A DNA stretch of 64,000 nucleotides from Spirochaetia bacterium (GTDB lineage: Bacteria; Spirochaetota; Spirochaetia; UBA9216), in assembly GCA_963677925.2 (NCBI GenBank), contig CAXXYH010000004.1, positions 1,088,001 to 1,152,000 on the forward strand, read 5' to 3'. A model generated the notes under the pieces. The model ran no database searches. It worked only from the letters and a program-made list of their open reading frames with translations, and was not told the origin of the DNA. This document shows, one piece after another, positions 51,266 through 61,479 of this stretch. Each line of letters opens with the position of its first letter. The first letter of the stretch is position 1. A program made the position numbers and the translations under genes.

Positions 51266-52735
51266 ATGCAAGATTTATATATAAAATATAATAAGAAAGA
51301 TAATAAAATTGATTTTGGGCAAACAAAAGGCTCAATAATCGAGATTACTATAAAGCCACCTTCAATCGTTAAAGAAACAAAAGAAACAGGCATAACGAGA
51401 ATATCTGCTATTCAAGAAGATTTTGATAATCTAATTTCGGGAAAGAAGATGATTGACGTTAATAAAACGACTCTCGAACATTGTTATATCTTGGATAAAA
51501 AGGATCCTTACCGATTAGCGGCGACAAATTTTATTTTAAAAAATGAAAAGGATATTGAAGAATATAGTGAAATTCCAAAAGAAAATGATGCTGGTATATA
51601 TAAAAACTATGTAAAAGCATTTTTAGAAGAATTTACAAGATGTACGAAACACATTCCGTTTGCTGAAAAAATTAAAGTCTATCCTTTACCATTGTTGACT
51701 CCATGTAATGTGGAAGTATTAGTAGGTAAAGATGGTGTGTGCTTTATTTTCTCATCAGAAAGTAGACCTGAAAAAGTAAGTGTTTCCTTAGATATAAATA
51801 AAATAATAGAGGAACTTCTTCTGCCTCATCCTACTAATAGAAGATATTCATCATATGGACCTAATACTATTTTTAATTTTATCTGCTCAGATGAGAATTT
51901 TATACATGTGGTAGGGGATGGGAATGCGTTTTTAGATTCTATGCTAGGGAATCCAGTATTTTTGATTTTTGAAAAATCGTTTCATGGTTATTATTCCAAT
52001 ATGAATTTTATAAGAAATTATCCTGATACGGGACTTCAAGTTAAAAAGAAAGTTGAATATTGTGAAATATTTGGTAATAACCATATCTCTAACTTTTCAC
52101 TTGAAAACGCAAGGAGTAGAGCTAGGATAGTTGCGTATAAATCAATTTTGAGTAGTGTTACAGGAAATGTTAATAAAGTAGAAGAACTTAAAAATGTCTT
52201 GATAGAATTGAAAAACAAAATAAACAATGATGTCGGTGAAATAGAAATTGAGAAATTTATTGATTCAAATAAATGGATTTTAGAGAAAGGGATAGGGTGT
52301 CAAAAATATTTTTCACAAATTTCGATACCGAAAGATTTATTATATGATGCTGATGGTGGAATTAAACCTGATAAATATATGATGAATAATGACGGATATT
52401 GTGATATTTTAGATTTAAAAAAACCATCAGCCAAACTAATTGTAATAAAGAATAACCGCAGTCATCAATCTAGTTCTTTAACCGAAGCGGAGGCACAAAT
52501 TGATAAATATATTGATTTCTCTCGTGAACCAAAGGTTAGAGATTATTTATTAACGCTTAATATAAAAATTACGAAACCTGATGGAATTGTATTGATTGGG
52601 AGAACCCCGAAGGAATATTTAAAAGAATGGATTGATATAAAAAAGAGATTACAAATAAAAGTATATACTTATGATGATTTAGTTAATAATTTGGATAATT
52701 TAATTGATTGGATAGATAAGATTCTTACAATTTGA
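51266..52735 (+). CDS. cassette 1: Shedu-like (DUF4263) anti-phage nuclease with long N-terminal region
   Basis: C-terminal E.EIEKFI..N.WIL, KPD, ILDLKKP, LTEAEAQIDKY, P.GIVLIGR, VYTYDDL; start moved to 51266. Confidence 0.75.
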   Translation: MQDLYIKYNKKDNKIDFGQTKGSIIEITIKPPSIVKETKETGITRISAIQEDFDNLISGKKMIDVNKTTLEHCYILDKKDPYRLAATNFILKNEKDIEEYSEIPKENDAGIYKNYVKAFLEEFTRCTKHIPFAEKIKVYPLPLLTPCNVEVLVGKDGVCFIFSSESRPEKVSVSLDINKIIEELLLPHPTNRRYSSYGPNTIFNFICSDENFIHVVGDGNAFLDSMLGNPVFLIFEKSFHGYYSNMNFIRNYPDTGLQVKKKVEYCEIFGNNHISNFSLENARSRARIVAYKSILSSVTGNVNKVEELKNVLIELKNKINNDVGEIEIEKFIDSNKWILEKGIGCQKYFSQISIPKDLLYDADGGIKPDKYMMNNDGYCDILDLKKPSAKLIVIKNNRSHQSSSLTEAEAQIDKYIDFSREPKVRDYLLTLNIKITKPDGIVLIGRTPKEYLKEWIDIKKRLQIKVYTYDDLVNNLDNLIDWIDKILTI

Positions 52736-52788
52736 ATTAAGAATCCAGACCTAACTCCGTTGAACGGTCTGGATGTCGGGTCCAAAGC

Positions 52789-52882
52789 ATAAAACAGGGG
52801 CTATGTGTATCGTCGCTATGCGCTCCTCGGGCTGCGCCACATACGGCTACGCCGTACGTCACATAACACCGGGACGTTATGA
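52789..52882 (+). repeat. attC-like site 1 (short, 94 bp)
   Basis: ATAAAAC-AGGGGCTATGTG...CACATAAC-ACCGGGAC-GTTATGA. Confidence 0.85.
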
Positions 52883-52993
52883 GCAATAAGCCCGACAAGT
52901 AAAAGACGCCCGGACCTCCGGCCGACGGGCAAAGAGAGACAGTGTGATAAAATATTATACTAAAAAAGTAAATATAGAATTAAGGGTTTTCAT

Positions 52994-53587
52994 ATGAAAA
53001 AAATAATATGTGTTCTAATCCTTTACATATTATCTATTTTTAGTTGTGTTACAACAGAAACTGTAAATATCAAGAAAGATAGTATGGAAAAGAGTGATTC
53101 TGTCTCTAAAGAAGAATTCAAAATTAGCATAAAAGAATTTGATGATATTTCAAAATATAAAAAGCTTATAAATTTATATGCATTTAAATATAGTGATGAG
53201 AGCAATACAGAATTTCGAGTTTTTACAGGTAGATGTTCAGCTTTTGTCAGGGACAATGGATATTCATCAATATTGCTGAACAATTCTGATGAGAGAGAAA
53301 TAATAAATAGTTATGAAGGTGATTATGAAAAAATTGCTATTATAAATGTCCATACAGTTGATTTAGATAAAGAAAATGGGAAAATTATAATAATCATGTT
53401 TGGAATAAATGATGATGATAAAGAAAAAATATTGTATGTACCTTTTTGGATTGCTACAGCAGAAGGTAAAAGTGTTGAGATTTTGAAATTAAAAAGTAGA
53501 GAAGAAGTTGGAAAATACATGATAGATTGTTTTTTTAATAATATGGAAATTTCTAATGAGTTGATTTATACATTAAGTGGAAATTAG
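52994..53587 (+). CDS. cassette 2: hypothetical lipoprotein
   Basis: MKK...IFSC lipobox; AT-rich. Confidence 0.75.
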   Translation: MKKIICVLILYILSIFSCVTTETVNIKKDSMEKSDSVSKEEFKISIKEFDDISKYKKLINLYAFKYSDESNTEFRVFTGRCSAFVRDNGYSSILLNNSDEREIINSYEGDYEKIAIINVHTVDLDKENGKIIIIMFGINDDDKEKILYVPFWIATAEGKSVEILKLKSREEVGKYMIDCFFNNMEISNELIYTLSGN

Positions 53588-53660
53588 ATTATTCATAACA
53601 ATGAAGGATAAAGAATCCAGCCCTAACTCCGTTGGACGGTCTGGATGTCGGGCTTAAAGC

Positions 53661-53755
53661 TCATAACAGGGGCTATGTGCTTCGTCGCTATACGCTCCTC
53701 GGGCTGCGCCACATACGGCATTCGCCGTACGTCACATAACCCCGGGACGTTATAG
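53661..53755 (+). repeat. attC-like site 2 (short, 95 bp)
   Basis: TCATAAC-AGGGGCTATGTG...CACATAAC-CCCGGGAC-GTTATAG. Confidence 0.9.
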
Positions 53756-53848
53756 CGCAATGAGCCTGACAAGATGAAAATCGCCCGGACCTCCGGCCGA
53801 CGGGCGAAGATATATATATGCTAAGTATCCAAAAAAGGTGATATGTAA

Positions 53849-54385
53849 ATGAATTATCAAACAGTCTATGATATTTCTAAATCTTCTTATAATTGGGTAT
53901 TCCCCTTTTTAGGAATACTTATAACCATTTTATTAATAATTTTTACTAAAGTGGTAAGAAGAAACTTGAAAGTTTTAAATAGGATAGAGGCAGAAAAAGA
54001 AAAAAAGGAAATTTTCTATAATTTTAATAATCCATATGTGAGTAATATGTTGAGACGATTACCCATGGTTTTCACGATATTGGCTTCTATAGCGACCGTT
54101 TTTATAACTTATGGATCTATAAATTATTATGTGAAATTAAATGAAGTGATTCAAAATCAAGAGTATTCAGTTGTTGAAGATAAAATAAAAATTATTAATA
54201 AGTTTGAAACAAATAGAATTCAAAATTTCAAAGTTGGAAAATTTATTTTTAATGTTGCGGATATAAACTCCATCAGAATCTCATTTTGGAAATCTGGAAC
54301 ATATGAAGATTTTTTAGTTGAAGGTCAAGATGTTAAAGTTTATTTTTATGGAAAGTATATTTTGCGTGTTGATTTAATGAAATGA
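53849..54385 (+). CDS. cassette 3: two-TM hypothetical protein
   Basis: AGGTG RBS; two hydrophobic helices plus a soluble C-terminal domain. Confidence 0.75.
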   Translation: MNYQTVYDISKSSYNWVFPFLGILITILLIIFTKVVRRNLKVLNRIEAEKEKKEIFYNFNNPYVSNMLRRLPMVFTILASIATVFITYGSINYYVKLNEVIQNQEYSVVEDKIKIINKFETNRIQNFKVGKFIFNVADINSIRISFWKSGTYEDFLVEGQDVKVYFYGKYILRVDLMK

Positions 54386-54520
54386 ATATGCATGCAAAAT
54401 TTCTATTCATATAGTTACTATTAAAGAGTAATTACTAAGAAATTTGAGTATTATTTTAGCATATAAGAGTGGGAATCCAGACCTAACTCCGTTGAACGGT
54501 CTGGATGTCAGGCTCAAAGC

Positions 54521-54843
54521 GCATAACAGGGGCTATATGCTCGTCGCTAAACGCTCCTTGGGCTTCGCCACATTTTTATTTTCTGAATTGGGTAATTGGG
54601 TACAGCATTTAACAAGAGATTTGGAGTAGTCAAAACCTTTGTCACAGTTCTGGCTAAAGACACTCCGCGCTGATCGCGCTACGTTCCAGAACTGCGCCAA
54701 GCCTCGGAGACTCGGCCGGTTTCGCTACTCAAATCGTCGTTAAATGCACAGAAATGTGCCAATAGTTTATGATTGAGAAATACGGGTAAGTGGTGGTAAA
54801 ATTAAGAAAAATAAAAACGTCATATAACCCCGGGGCGTTATGA
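54521..54843 (+). repeat. attC-like site 3 (long, 323 bp)
   Basis: same ends as the short sites, with an approximately 240-bp structured arm replacing the ACGGC..GCCGT hairpin. Confidence 0.85.
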
Positions 54844-54960
54844 GCAATGAGCCCAACAAGAGGAAGACGCCCGGACCTCCGGCCGACGGGCGAAGAATCG
54901 ATTGGTTTGATTTTTATAACTGATAAGTGATGTCAAAAGTAATATAAAGAATAGGTTGGT

Positions 54961-55680
54961 ATGGATATACAAGAGGATAAAGTAAATAATAATTTGATTG
55001 CGCAAGATTTAGAATTAGGAGTAATAACTATGGGGGCAGCAACGATTGATCAAAGACATAATTTTGCATACCAACATATGCACTCAGCTATTGAATTTAG
55101 GAATCAAACTTATAAAATTGAAGAAGATAATAAAAACGAAAAATTTGGATATTTTTTTGAGTTGATTAGAACATATGTAAGTGGTTGTATATTCTTTTCA
55201 GTGGCTTCAGTAGAGGCAAATATAAATGAAATTATATGTGATATTATTGAAAATAAAATAAAATTAGGTGAGTTTGAAAAAAAGAAAATTATTGAAATAA
55301 ATGATAGAGAGTCTACTCTTAAAAAATACGAAATCATATTAAACGAGGTAATGAAGTTTGAATTATCAAAAGATAAAGAAATTTATCAAAATATGAAAAT
55401 TTTAATAGATGTAAGAAATGCTTTTACTCATTTCAAACCAGAATGGGAATCAAATCAGAAATGGCATGATAAAATTGGAAGAAAATTATCTGGGAAAATC
55501 AAGATGACTCCATACATAGAAGATAGCAGTCCGATTTTTCCGATGCGTTGCATGACTTATGATTTTTGTTGTTGGTCCACAATATCAAGTTATAATTTTA
55601 TGAAAGAAATTTTTAGTTTACTATCAATAAGAAATAAATTTGAGAAATTTGAAGAAACAATTTATAAGGGTAGTAATTAA
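54961..55680 (+). CDS. cassette 4: HEPN-like protein
   Basis: ASVEANINE helix and RNAFTH (R-X4-H) motif. Confidence 0.6.
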   Translation: MDIQEDKVNNNLIAQDLELGVITMGAATIDQRHNFAYQHMHSAIEFRNQTYKIEEDNKNEKFGYFFELIRTYVSGCIFFSVASVEANINEIICDIIENKIKLGEFEKKKIIEINDRESTLKKYEIILNEVMKFELSKDKEIYQNMKILIDVRNAFTHFKPEWESNQKWHDKIGRKLSGKIKMTPYIEDSSPIFPMRCMTYDFCCWSTISSYNFMKEIFSLLSIRNKFEKFEETIYKGSN

Positions 55681-55761
55681 TATAATTATATAGCTTATTT
55701 TTATAGTGTAAGGGAATCCAGACCTATCTCCGTCGAACGGTCTGGATGTTGGGCTCAAAGC

Positions 55762-56085
55762 GCATAACAGGGGCTATATGCATCGTCGCTAAATGCTCCT
55801 CGGGCTGCGCCACATTTTTATTTTGTAATTGGGTTAATAGGGTATAGCATTTAACAAAAGATTTGGAGTAGTCACAACCTTTGTCACAGTTCTGGCTAAA
55901 GACACTCCGCGCTGATCGCGCTGCGTTCCAGAACTGCGCCAAGCCTCGGTGACTCGGCCGGTTTCGCTACTCAAATCGTCGTTAAATGCACAGACATGTG
56001 CCAATAGTTTATGATTGTGAAATACGGGTAAGTGGTGGTAAAATTAAGAAAAATAAAAACGTCATATAACCCCGGGACGTTAGCT
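55762..56085 (+). repeat. attC-like site 4 (long, 324 bp)
   Basis: near-identical to site 3. Confidence 0.85.
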
Positions 56086-56213
56086 GCAATTTCGGTCATG
56101 GTAATTATCTAATTAGTAGGAGCCCGCCTTCCATGGCGGTCAGGATAGAAGAAGTAAATATCTACATTTTGATACATTTTTTAAATAAACAATCTAAATA
56201 ATAAGGAATTTTA

Positions 56214-56933
56214 ATGAAAAAAAAGAGAATTATATCAATACTTCTATGTCTTTTTTCAACATCGGTCTATGCAGAAACAAATGATGTTCCAAATGGAATG
56301 ATCATAGAATCATCTTCTAATAATGGACAATCAATTCTTGTAAGAAAACATGACCAAGTTTTGACGATTGATTACTCTGCGCACGATTTTCAAATGGTTA
56401 TTTATGATTCTCCAATAAATAAAGAAAAAATTGGGGAATTGAAAAAGAAGGATGTAATACGAATAAAAGAAATACATATTATTGATGATAACGAAATGTG
56501 GTTTAAAATTTCTGCTTCTGAGAAAAATGGTTATATCTTATTTAAAATTGGTGAAAATATTTATGATTTCTACGCTGATAATTTATGGCAACCAGTAGAA
56601 ACTATTCAGAGTGGGGAGCAAACTTGGCATACATTAAAATGTAATCAGAGTTTTATTGTTTATACTAATTTGTTTATTCGTGATAAACCTGGATTTGGTG
56701 GGGAAAAAATAGGAATGATAACTGCAAATAATAGCAATTCCGAAATAGTAAGCACTTCAGAAGTTACTGTTGAAAAAGAGAAGATTGATGGAAAAACTGA
56801 ACGCTGGGCTAAAATTGAATATTAAGGACTAATTGGTTGGGTATTTGCAGGTTATTTGAGTTATGAAAGAGGTGGGCCTAGGTTTAATACTCCCGAATCA
56901 ATGATAGCAATGAGTCTTGGCGCAGGTATTTAA
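56214..56933 (+). pseudogene. cassette 5: secreted SH3-domain protein with an in-frame stop at 56823-56825
   Basis: signal peptide; NLFIRDKPG...WAKIEY*GLIGWVFAGYL is an SH3b-like motif split by TAA; the frame continues to 56933. Confidence 0.7.
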
Positions 56934-57040
56934 ATTTTTAGATATTATTATAATTCGTGGAAATTTAAATTGTTTTACAGAGTCAAATACATCCTTGTAT
57001 TTGACAGAATTAATCACTTGACAACCATGACGGAAACAGC

Positions 57041-57367
57041 AGCTAACAGGGGTTATTTGCTTCGTCGCTATGTGCTCCTCGGGCTTCGCAACATTTTTAT
57101 TTTTGTAAATGGACGATATGACAAAAGGCATTTAACAATGATTTGCAGCAGTCCTGGCTATTTTCACGGTTTTAGCTAAAGACGTTCCGCGCTGATCGCG
57201 CTGCACTCTAAAACCGAGCCAATGCCGTAGGAGACTACGGCCGCCAGGCAGCTGAAATCGGCGTTAAATGCACAGACATGTGCCAATAGTTTATGATTGA
57301 GAAATACGGGTAAGTGGTGGTAAAATTAAGAAAAATAAAAACGTCATATAACCCCGGGACGTTATAC
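57041..57367 (+). repeat. attC-like site 5 (long, 327 bp, divergent arm)
   Basis: AGCTAAC-AGGGGTTAT...CATATAAC-CCCGGGAC-GTTATAC. Confidence 0.85.
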
Positions 57368-57399
57368 GACATATCACATATCTAAAATGGAGTAAAAAA

Positions 57400-57807
57400 G
57401 TGAGTGAAAGACCGTTTAAAGAAAAATCGAATGAACCTACAAACGAAAAAATAAATGAAGCACTCGGTGCTGTTTCCGAATATTATCATGATTTAAATAA
57501 ATTGACAAAAGATTTTCAACACACCTGGAATCATTCAAAATCCAGTGGCTGGATGGAAAAAGTAGAAGATAATAAAAAAGCTCTTTACTATTTTATTCCG
57601 TTGAATGATTCCTTTATTCTGAGTATGGCTATTAGAGAAAATGAAAAAGAATATTTTGAGTCTAAAGAGGGTATGGTAAAATATAAAGATATAGTATCAA
57701 CCGCCAGAAAATATTCGGAAGGATATAATATAAAATTTGAGGTAGAAAACTCTGAGCAATACGATTTTTCAAAAGAGTTTGTAAAAGAAATAATTGCTCA
57801 AAGGTAG
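57400..57807 (+). CDS. cassette 6: DUF3788-like hypothetical protein
   Basis: P..E.I.EALG...W...K.SGW..K....KK.L.Y..P....F, ARKYSEG pattern; GGAG RBS with GTG start. Confidence 0.6.
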   Translation: MSERPFKEKSNEPTNEKINEALGAVSEYYHDLNKLTKDFQHTWNHSKSSGWMEKVEDNKKALYYFIPLNDSFILSMAIRENEKEYFESKEGMVKYKDIVSTARKYSEGYNIKFEVENSEQYDFSKEFVKEIIAQR

Positions 57808-57821
57808 ATATGTGAAACGTC

Positions 57822-57915
57822 GTATAACAGGGGCTATGTGCTTCGTCGCTATACGCTCCTCGGGCTGCGCCACATACGGCTTCGCCGTACGTCACATAAC
57901 CCCGGAACGTTATCT
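57822..57915 (+). repeat. attC-like site 6 (short, 94 bp)
   Basis: GTATAAC...GTTATCT; body nearly identical to site 2. Confidence 0.9.
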
Positions 57916-57977
57916 GACATACCCAGAAAAGTTCCGACCCTCACCATCCGTGGTTCGGGTTTTAAGAAGAAGAGAAA

Positions 57978-58724
57978 ATGAATATTGAATGTATTATTAA
58001 AGAAGCTGGAAGAAAGTTAAAGAACGAATATTTGGAAACGCCTCTTGTCTCAGTTAAAGAAAGATATGATTTAGTAAGTCAAAGTGATAAGAGGATTGAA
58101 GAGGAATTAATAAAAGAGATTATAAAGTTGTTTCCAAATGATGATATTTATTCAGAAGAAATTGGAGAAATTAAGAATGAAGGAAGATCAAGATGGATTA
58201 TAGATCCAATTGATGGAACCGCTGATTTTATTTTTGGAGTCCCGTACTTTGCAATATCAATCGCAAAAGAAGTAGATGGGATAATTGAAGAAGGTTATGT
58301 ATATAATCCAATATCGGAAGAGTTTTATAAATCAATTAAAAATGAAAGAAAATCCTACCTCAATGATGTAGAAATAAAAGTTTCAGAAAAAAATGTAATT
58401 GAAGAATCTTTAATTGCTTTCGGATTTAGTGCCAATGAAGAGAATATGAATTTATATCTTTCTGAATGGTCTAATCTCATGAATGATTGTAGAAAGGCAA
58501 TGCCATTAATCACTCCTGCATTAACAATTTGTAATGTCGCAAGAGGAAGGATCGACGCTTACATAGATTTTGGTTCAAGTATGGAAGGAAAAGCTGCTGC
58601 CAGTATGATATTGCTGAATGCAGGAGGAAGTATTCGGAATTATTATAGAGAGGGTTTTGATCATAGAGAAAAAGGACATATATGTAGCAATGGAAGATTG
58701 GATCTTGAAGAAGGAAGAGGTTAG
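57978..58724 (+). CDS. cassette 7: inositol monophosphatase family protein
   Basis: DLVSQSD, SEE, WIIDPIDGT, VARGRIDAY. Confidence 0.88.
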   Translation: MNIECIIKEAGRKLKNEYLETPLVSVKERYDLVSQSDKRIEEELIKEIIKLFPNDDIYSEEIGEIKNEGRSRWIIDPIDGTADFIFGVPYFAISIAKEVDGIIEEGYVYNPISEEFYKSIKNERKSYLNDVEIKVSEKNVIEESLIAFGFSANEENMNLYLSEWSNLMNDCRKAMPLITPALTICNVARGRIDAYIDFGSSMEGKAAASMILLNAGGSIRNYYREGFDHREKGHICSNGRLDLEEGRG

Positions 58725-58783
58725 GAAGAAAAATAAGTACATCCCTGTACTTATTTTAGAGGTATAATAAAAATGGGTACGTC

Positions 58784-58875
58784 AGATAACAAGGGTTACA
58801 CGCTCCGGCCATACGGCCTGCGGGCTGAGCCACATTCGGCTACACCGAACGTCGTGTAACCCTGGAACGTTATCT
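58784..58875 (+). repeat. attC-like site 7 (short, 92 bp, divergent)
   Basis: AGATAAC-AAGGGTTACACG...CGTGTAAC-CCTGGAAC-GTTATCT; compensatory stem changes relative to the other sites. Confidence 0.85.
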
Positions 58876-58990
58876 GCAATGTTTCCGCCAAGAGGAAGAT
58901 GCCCGGACCTCCGGCCGACGGGCGAAGAAGAATGAGGTTTGAATATACTAATTAGTGAGATAAGATAAAATAAAAAAATGAGGTAGCATT

Positions 58991-59560
58991 ATGAAAGTGT
59001 TTATTTTAACTGTTTTAGGAGTAGTCTCAACAAGAATTTTGGATTTATTCACTACATATAAAATTACTCCGGATTTAGAGAAAGAAAGTAATTTATTTGT
59101 AAAGTTGCTTGGGGAAACTGGAGGTTGGGCAGCGATTTGGATATTTCAAGCAATTGTAGTAATTTTACTTCTCTATTTAGAATATTTAAGAATAAAAAGT
59201 CCAACCGTCGAATATGTAGAAGATGAGGGTTTGAAATTTAAAGAATATTTTTCATTAAATTATTCGAGTAAGAAAGATGATTTAATAAAATCAGTAATGA
59301 ATTTACCATTAAAGAAGAGGTTGATGATCGATCTATTAGGATATATTGGTACAAGAACTTTACTATTTGGAACAATTCCTGTCTGTTTATCAAGTCTGTT
59401 TGCGATTTTAAACTCTTCTTATCGAAGTTTCTATGTAGATAATAGTTTATGGAGAATACTGTATTTAATAATGGCAGTAGTATTAGTGAGTTTTTATATA
59501 AGATTTTTTTGGATAAGATTTAAGGATTATGAGAAGAAAGATATTTTAAAGAAAATGTAA
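58991..59560 (+). CDS. cassette 8: hypothetical membrane protein
   Basis: four TM segments; DLFTT....PDL.KESN motif. Confidence 0.75.
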   Translation: MKVFILTVLGVVSTRILDLFTTYKITPDLEKESNLFVKLLGETGGWAAIWIFQAIVVILLLYLEYLRIKSPTVEYVEDEGLKFKEYFSLNYSSKKDDLIKSVMNLPLKKRLMIDLLGYIGTRTLLFGTIPVCLSSLFAILNSSYRSFYVDNSLWRILYLIMAVVLVSFYIRFFWIRFKDYEKKDILKKM

Positions 59561-59637
59561 GAAAGAGAGAAAGAGAGAAAGAGAGAAACCAGCCCTGGCT
59601 CCGCCGTACGGTCTGGCTGAAGAGGCGGAAACACAGC

Positions 59638-59816
59638 AGATAACAGCGGCTATGTGCGGCGTCGCTAAACGCTCCTTGGCCTACGGCATATTTTGTTTTG
59701 GCATCGCTTTTGCGAAGAGGTAGAAAAATATAGGGTAAAGGCGTCGAATGCAAAAGTGCTGCCAATCGGCCTGTAGGGCCGACCACAAAACATCACATAA
59801 CCGCGGGACGTTATAG
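59638..59816 (+). repeat. attC-like site 8 (intermediate, 179 bp)
   Basis: AGATAAC-AGCGGCTATGTG...CACATAAC-CGCGGGAC-GTTATAG with a different inserted arm. Confidence 0.85.
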
Positions 59817-59930
59817 GAAATATTTTGGCTAAGAGAAAGACGCCCGGACCTCCGGCCGACGGGCAATAAGGAAAAAAAGAATAAATTTTAAAATTGATAT
59901 ATTATGTCAATATATAAGAAATGAAACGTA

Positions 59931-61057
59931 TTGAAAAGGATTCTATTATTTTTATTATTATTAGGAATAACCTCATGTAAAAACTTTTTTCCATATTATC
60001 AAAATGGATACCATTTCAATCAAATATTTTCTAAAGATACAAAACTTATTTTAGATGAAAAAGCAGATTCATTCTCTGCGTTTATATCTGAGACTTCTAA
60101 AGTTTTAGTATATTATAGTACTGATGGGATGGTGCACTTGATAGATTTGGAAGGATTGATTGAAGTTTCCACCATCCCTTGGGTTGATAATTCAAATTAT
60201 TATAATGATATTGTTCCTGATTTTAAACAATTGTATATTTATGAAAATTATTTGTATCTTCTAGGGTCAACAGATTGTCTGGTATATTTGATTGAGGATA
60301 TATCAAATCCATCTTTTAAATATTCTATTAGTGAAAATAATACCTATAATTTAAACACTACCTATTATTTAAGTTTAAGATGTATGGATAATAAAATATA
60401 TATTTTAGATTCTAATTCATTTTCATACTATAAACTATTATTAATTTTGGATGCAGATAATATGCTAGAAATTGAAAGACATTATTTAGATTCTTTTGAA
60501 GGAGTAATTGATAAAGAAATTTACTTAAATTCAAATTATTTATACACTTTTTCAAGTGAGCTTAAAATTGATAAAGATGGTAATCCTTTTACAATAACAA
60601 ATCAAATGATTGTTTATGATATTACTGATATTTCTAATAATTATGAATTGGTCGATATAAATTCTATCAGTTTAGAGGACAATGGATTTAATATATATAA
60701 TGATATTATAGTAAGTGATGGAGCAATAGGTTTAAATTCAGAAGAGTATTTTTGGAGCATAATAAAATTAGATAGTGAAAAAAATATGAATTTCTACAAA
60801 AATGTAATTCAACAGATGAAATAAACTTGTTTAGTTATTTTGATTTAGATTTTGATTTTAATAATATTTTAATCGGGAATTATTTTGTTTATGATATAAG
60901 AGAGTTAAATAGTCCAAGATGGATTGGGACTATTGATGAGGATTTGAAAGACATCGAAGTTGTAAGAAAACTTCAAACTGGAGATAACTTATTTTTATTT
61001 GAAAAAGGTAGTGATAGTGAGAATGAAATAGCTTTAGTGAAGTATGCTTTTAATTGA
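59931..61057 (+). pseudogene. cassette 9: LVIVD-like beta-propeller lipoprotein, frameshifted near 60800
   Basis: lipobox ITSC; IEDISNP, VYDITDISN, VYDIRELNSP repeats; the two ORFs join if one A is added to the A5 run at 60798-60802. Confidence 0.65.
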
Positions 61058-61156
61058 TAAAGTTTGTTTTGGGATACTGTTAAAGTTGAAAGTTGTATGT
61101 TTAAGAGTCCAGCCCTATCTCCGATGTACGGTCTGGCTCAAGAGCCAAAATACTTC

Positions 61157-61479
61157 CTATAACAGGGGCTATATGCTCAGCCCATTCGGGCTTCGGGCTG
61201 CGCCACATTTTTATTTTATGGATTGGGCTATTTGGGTATAGCATTTAACAAAAGTTTTGGAGCAGTCCTGGCTATTGTCATGATTCTGGCAGAGACGTTC
61301 CGCGCTGATCGCGCTGCACTCCAGAATCACGCCAATGCGCGCGAAGACACGCGCCGCCATGCAGCTCAAAACGTCGTTAAATGCACAGACATGCGCCAAT
61401 AGTTTGTGATTGGTAAATACGGGTAAGTGGTGGTAAAATTAAAAAAATAAAAACGTCATATAACCCCGGGACGTTATGC
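61157..61479 (+). repeat. attC-like site 9 (long, 323 bp)
   Basis: CTATAAC-AGGGGCTATATG...CATATAAC-CCCGGGAC-GTTATGC. Confidence 0.85.
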
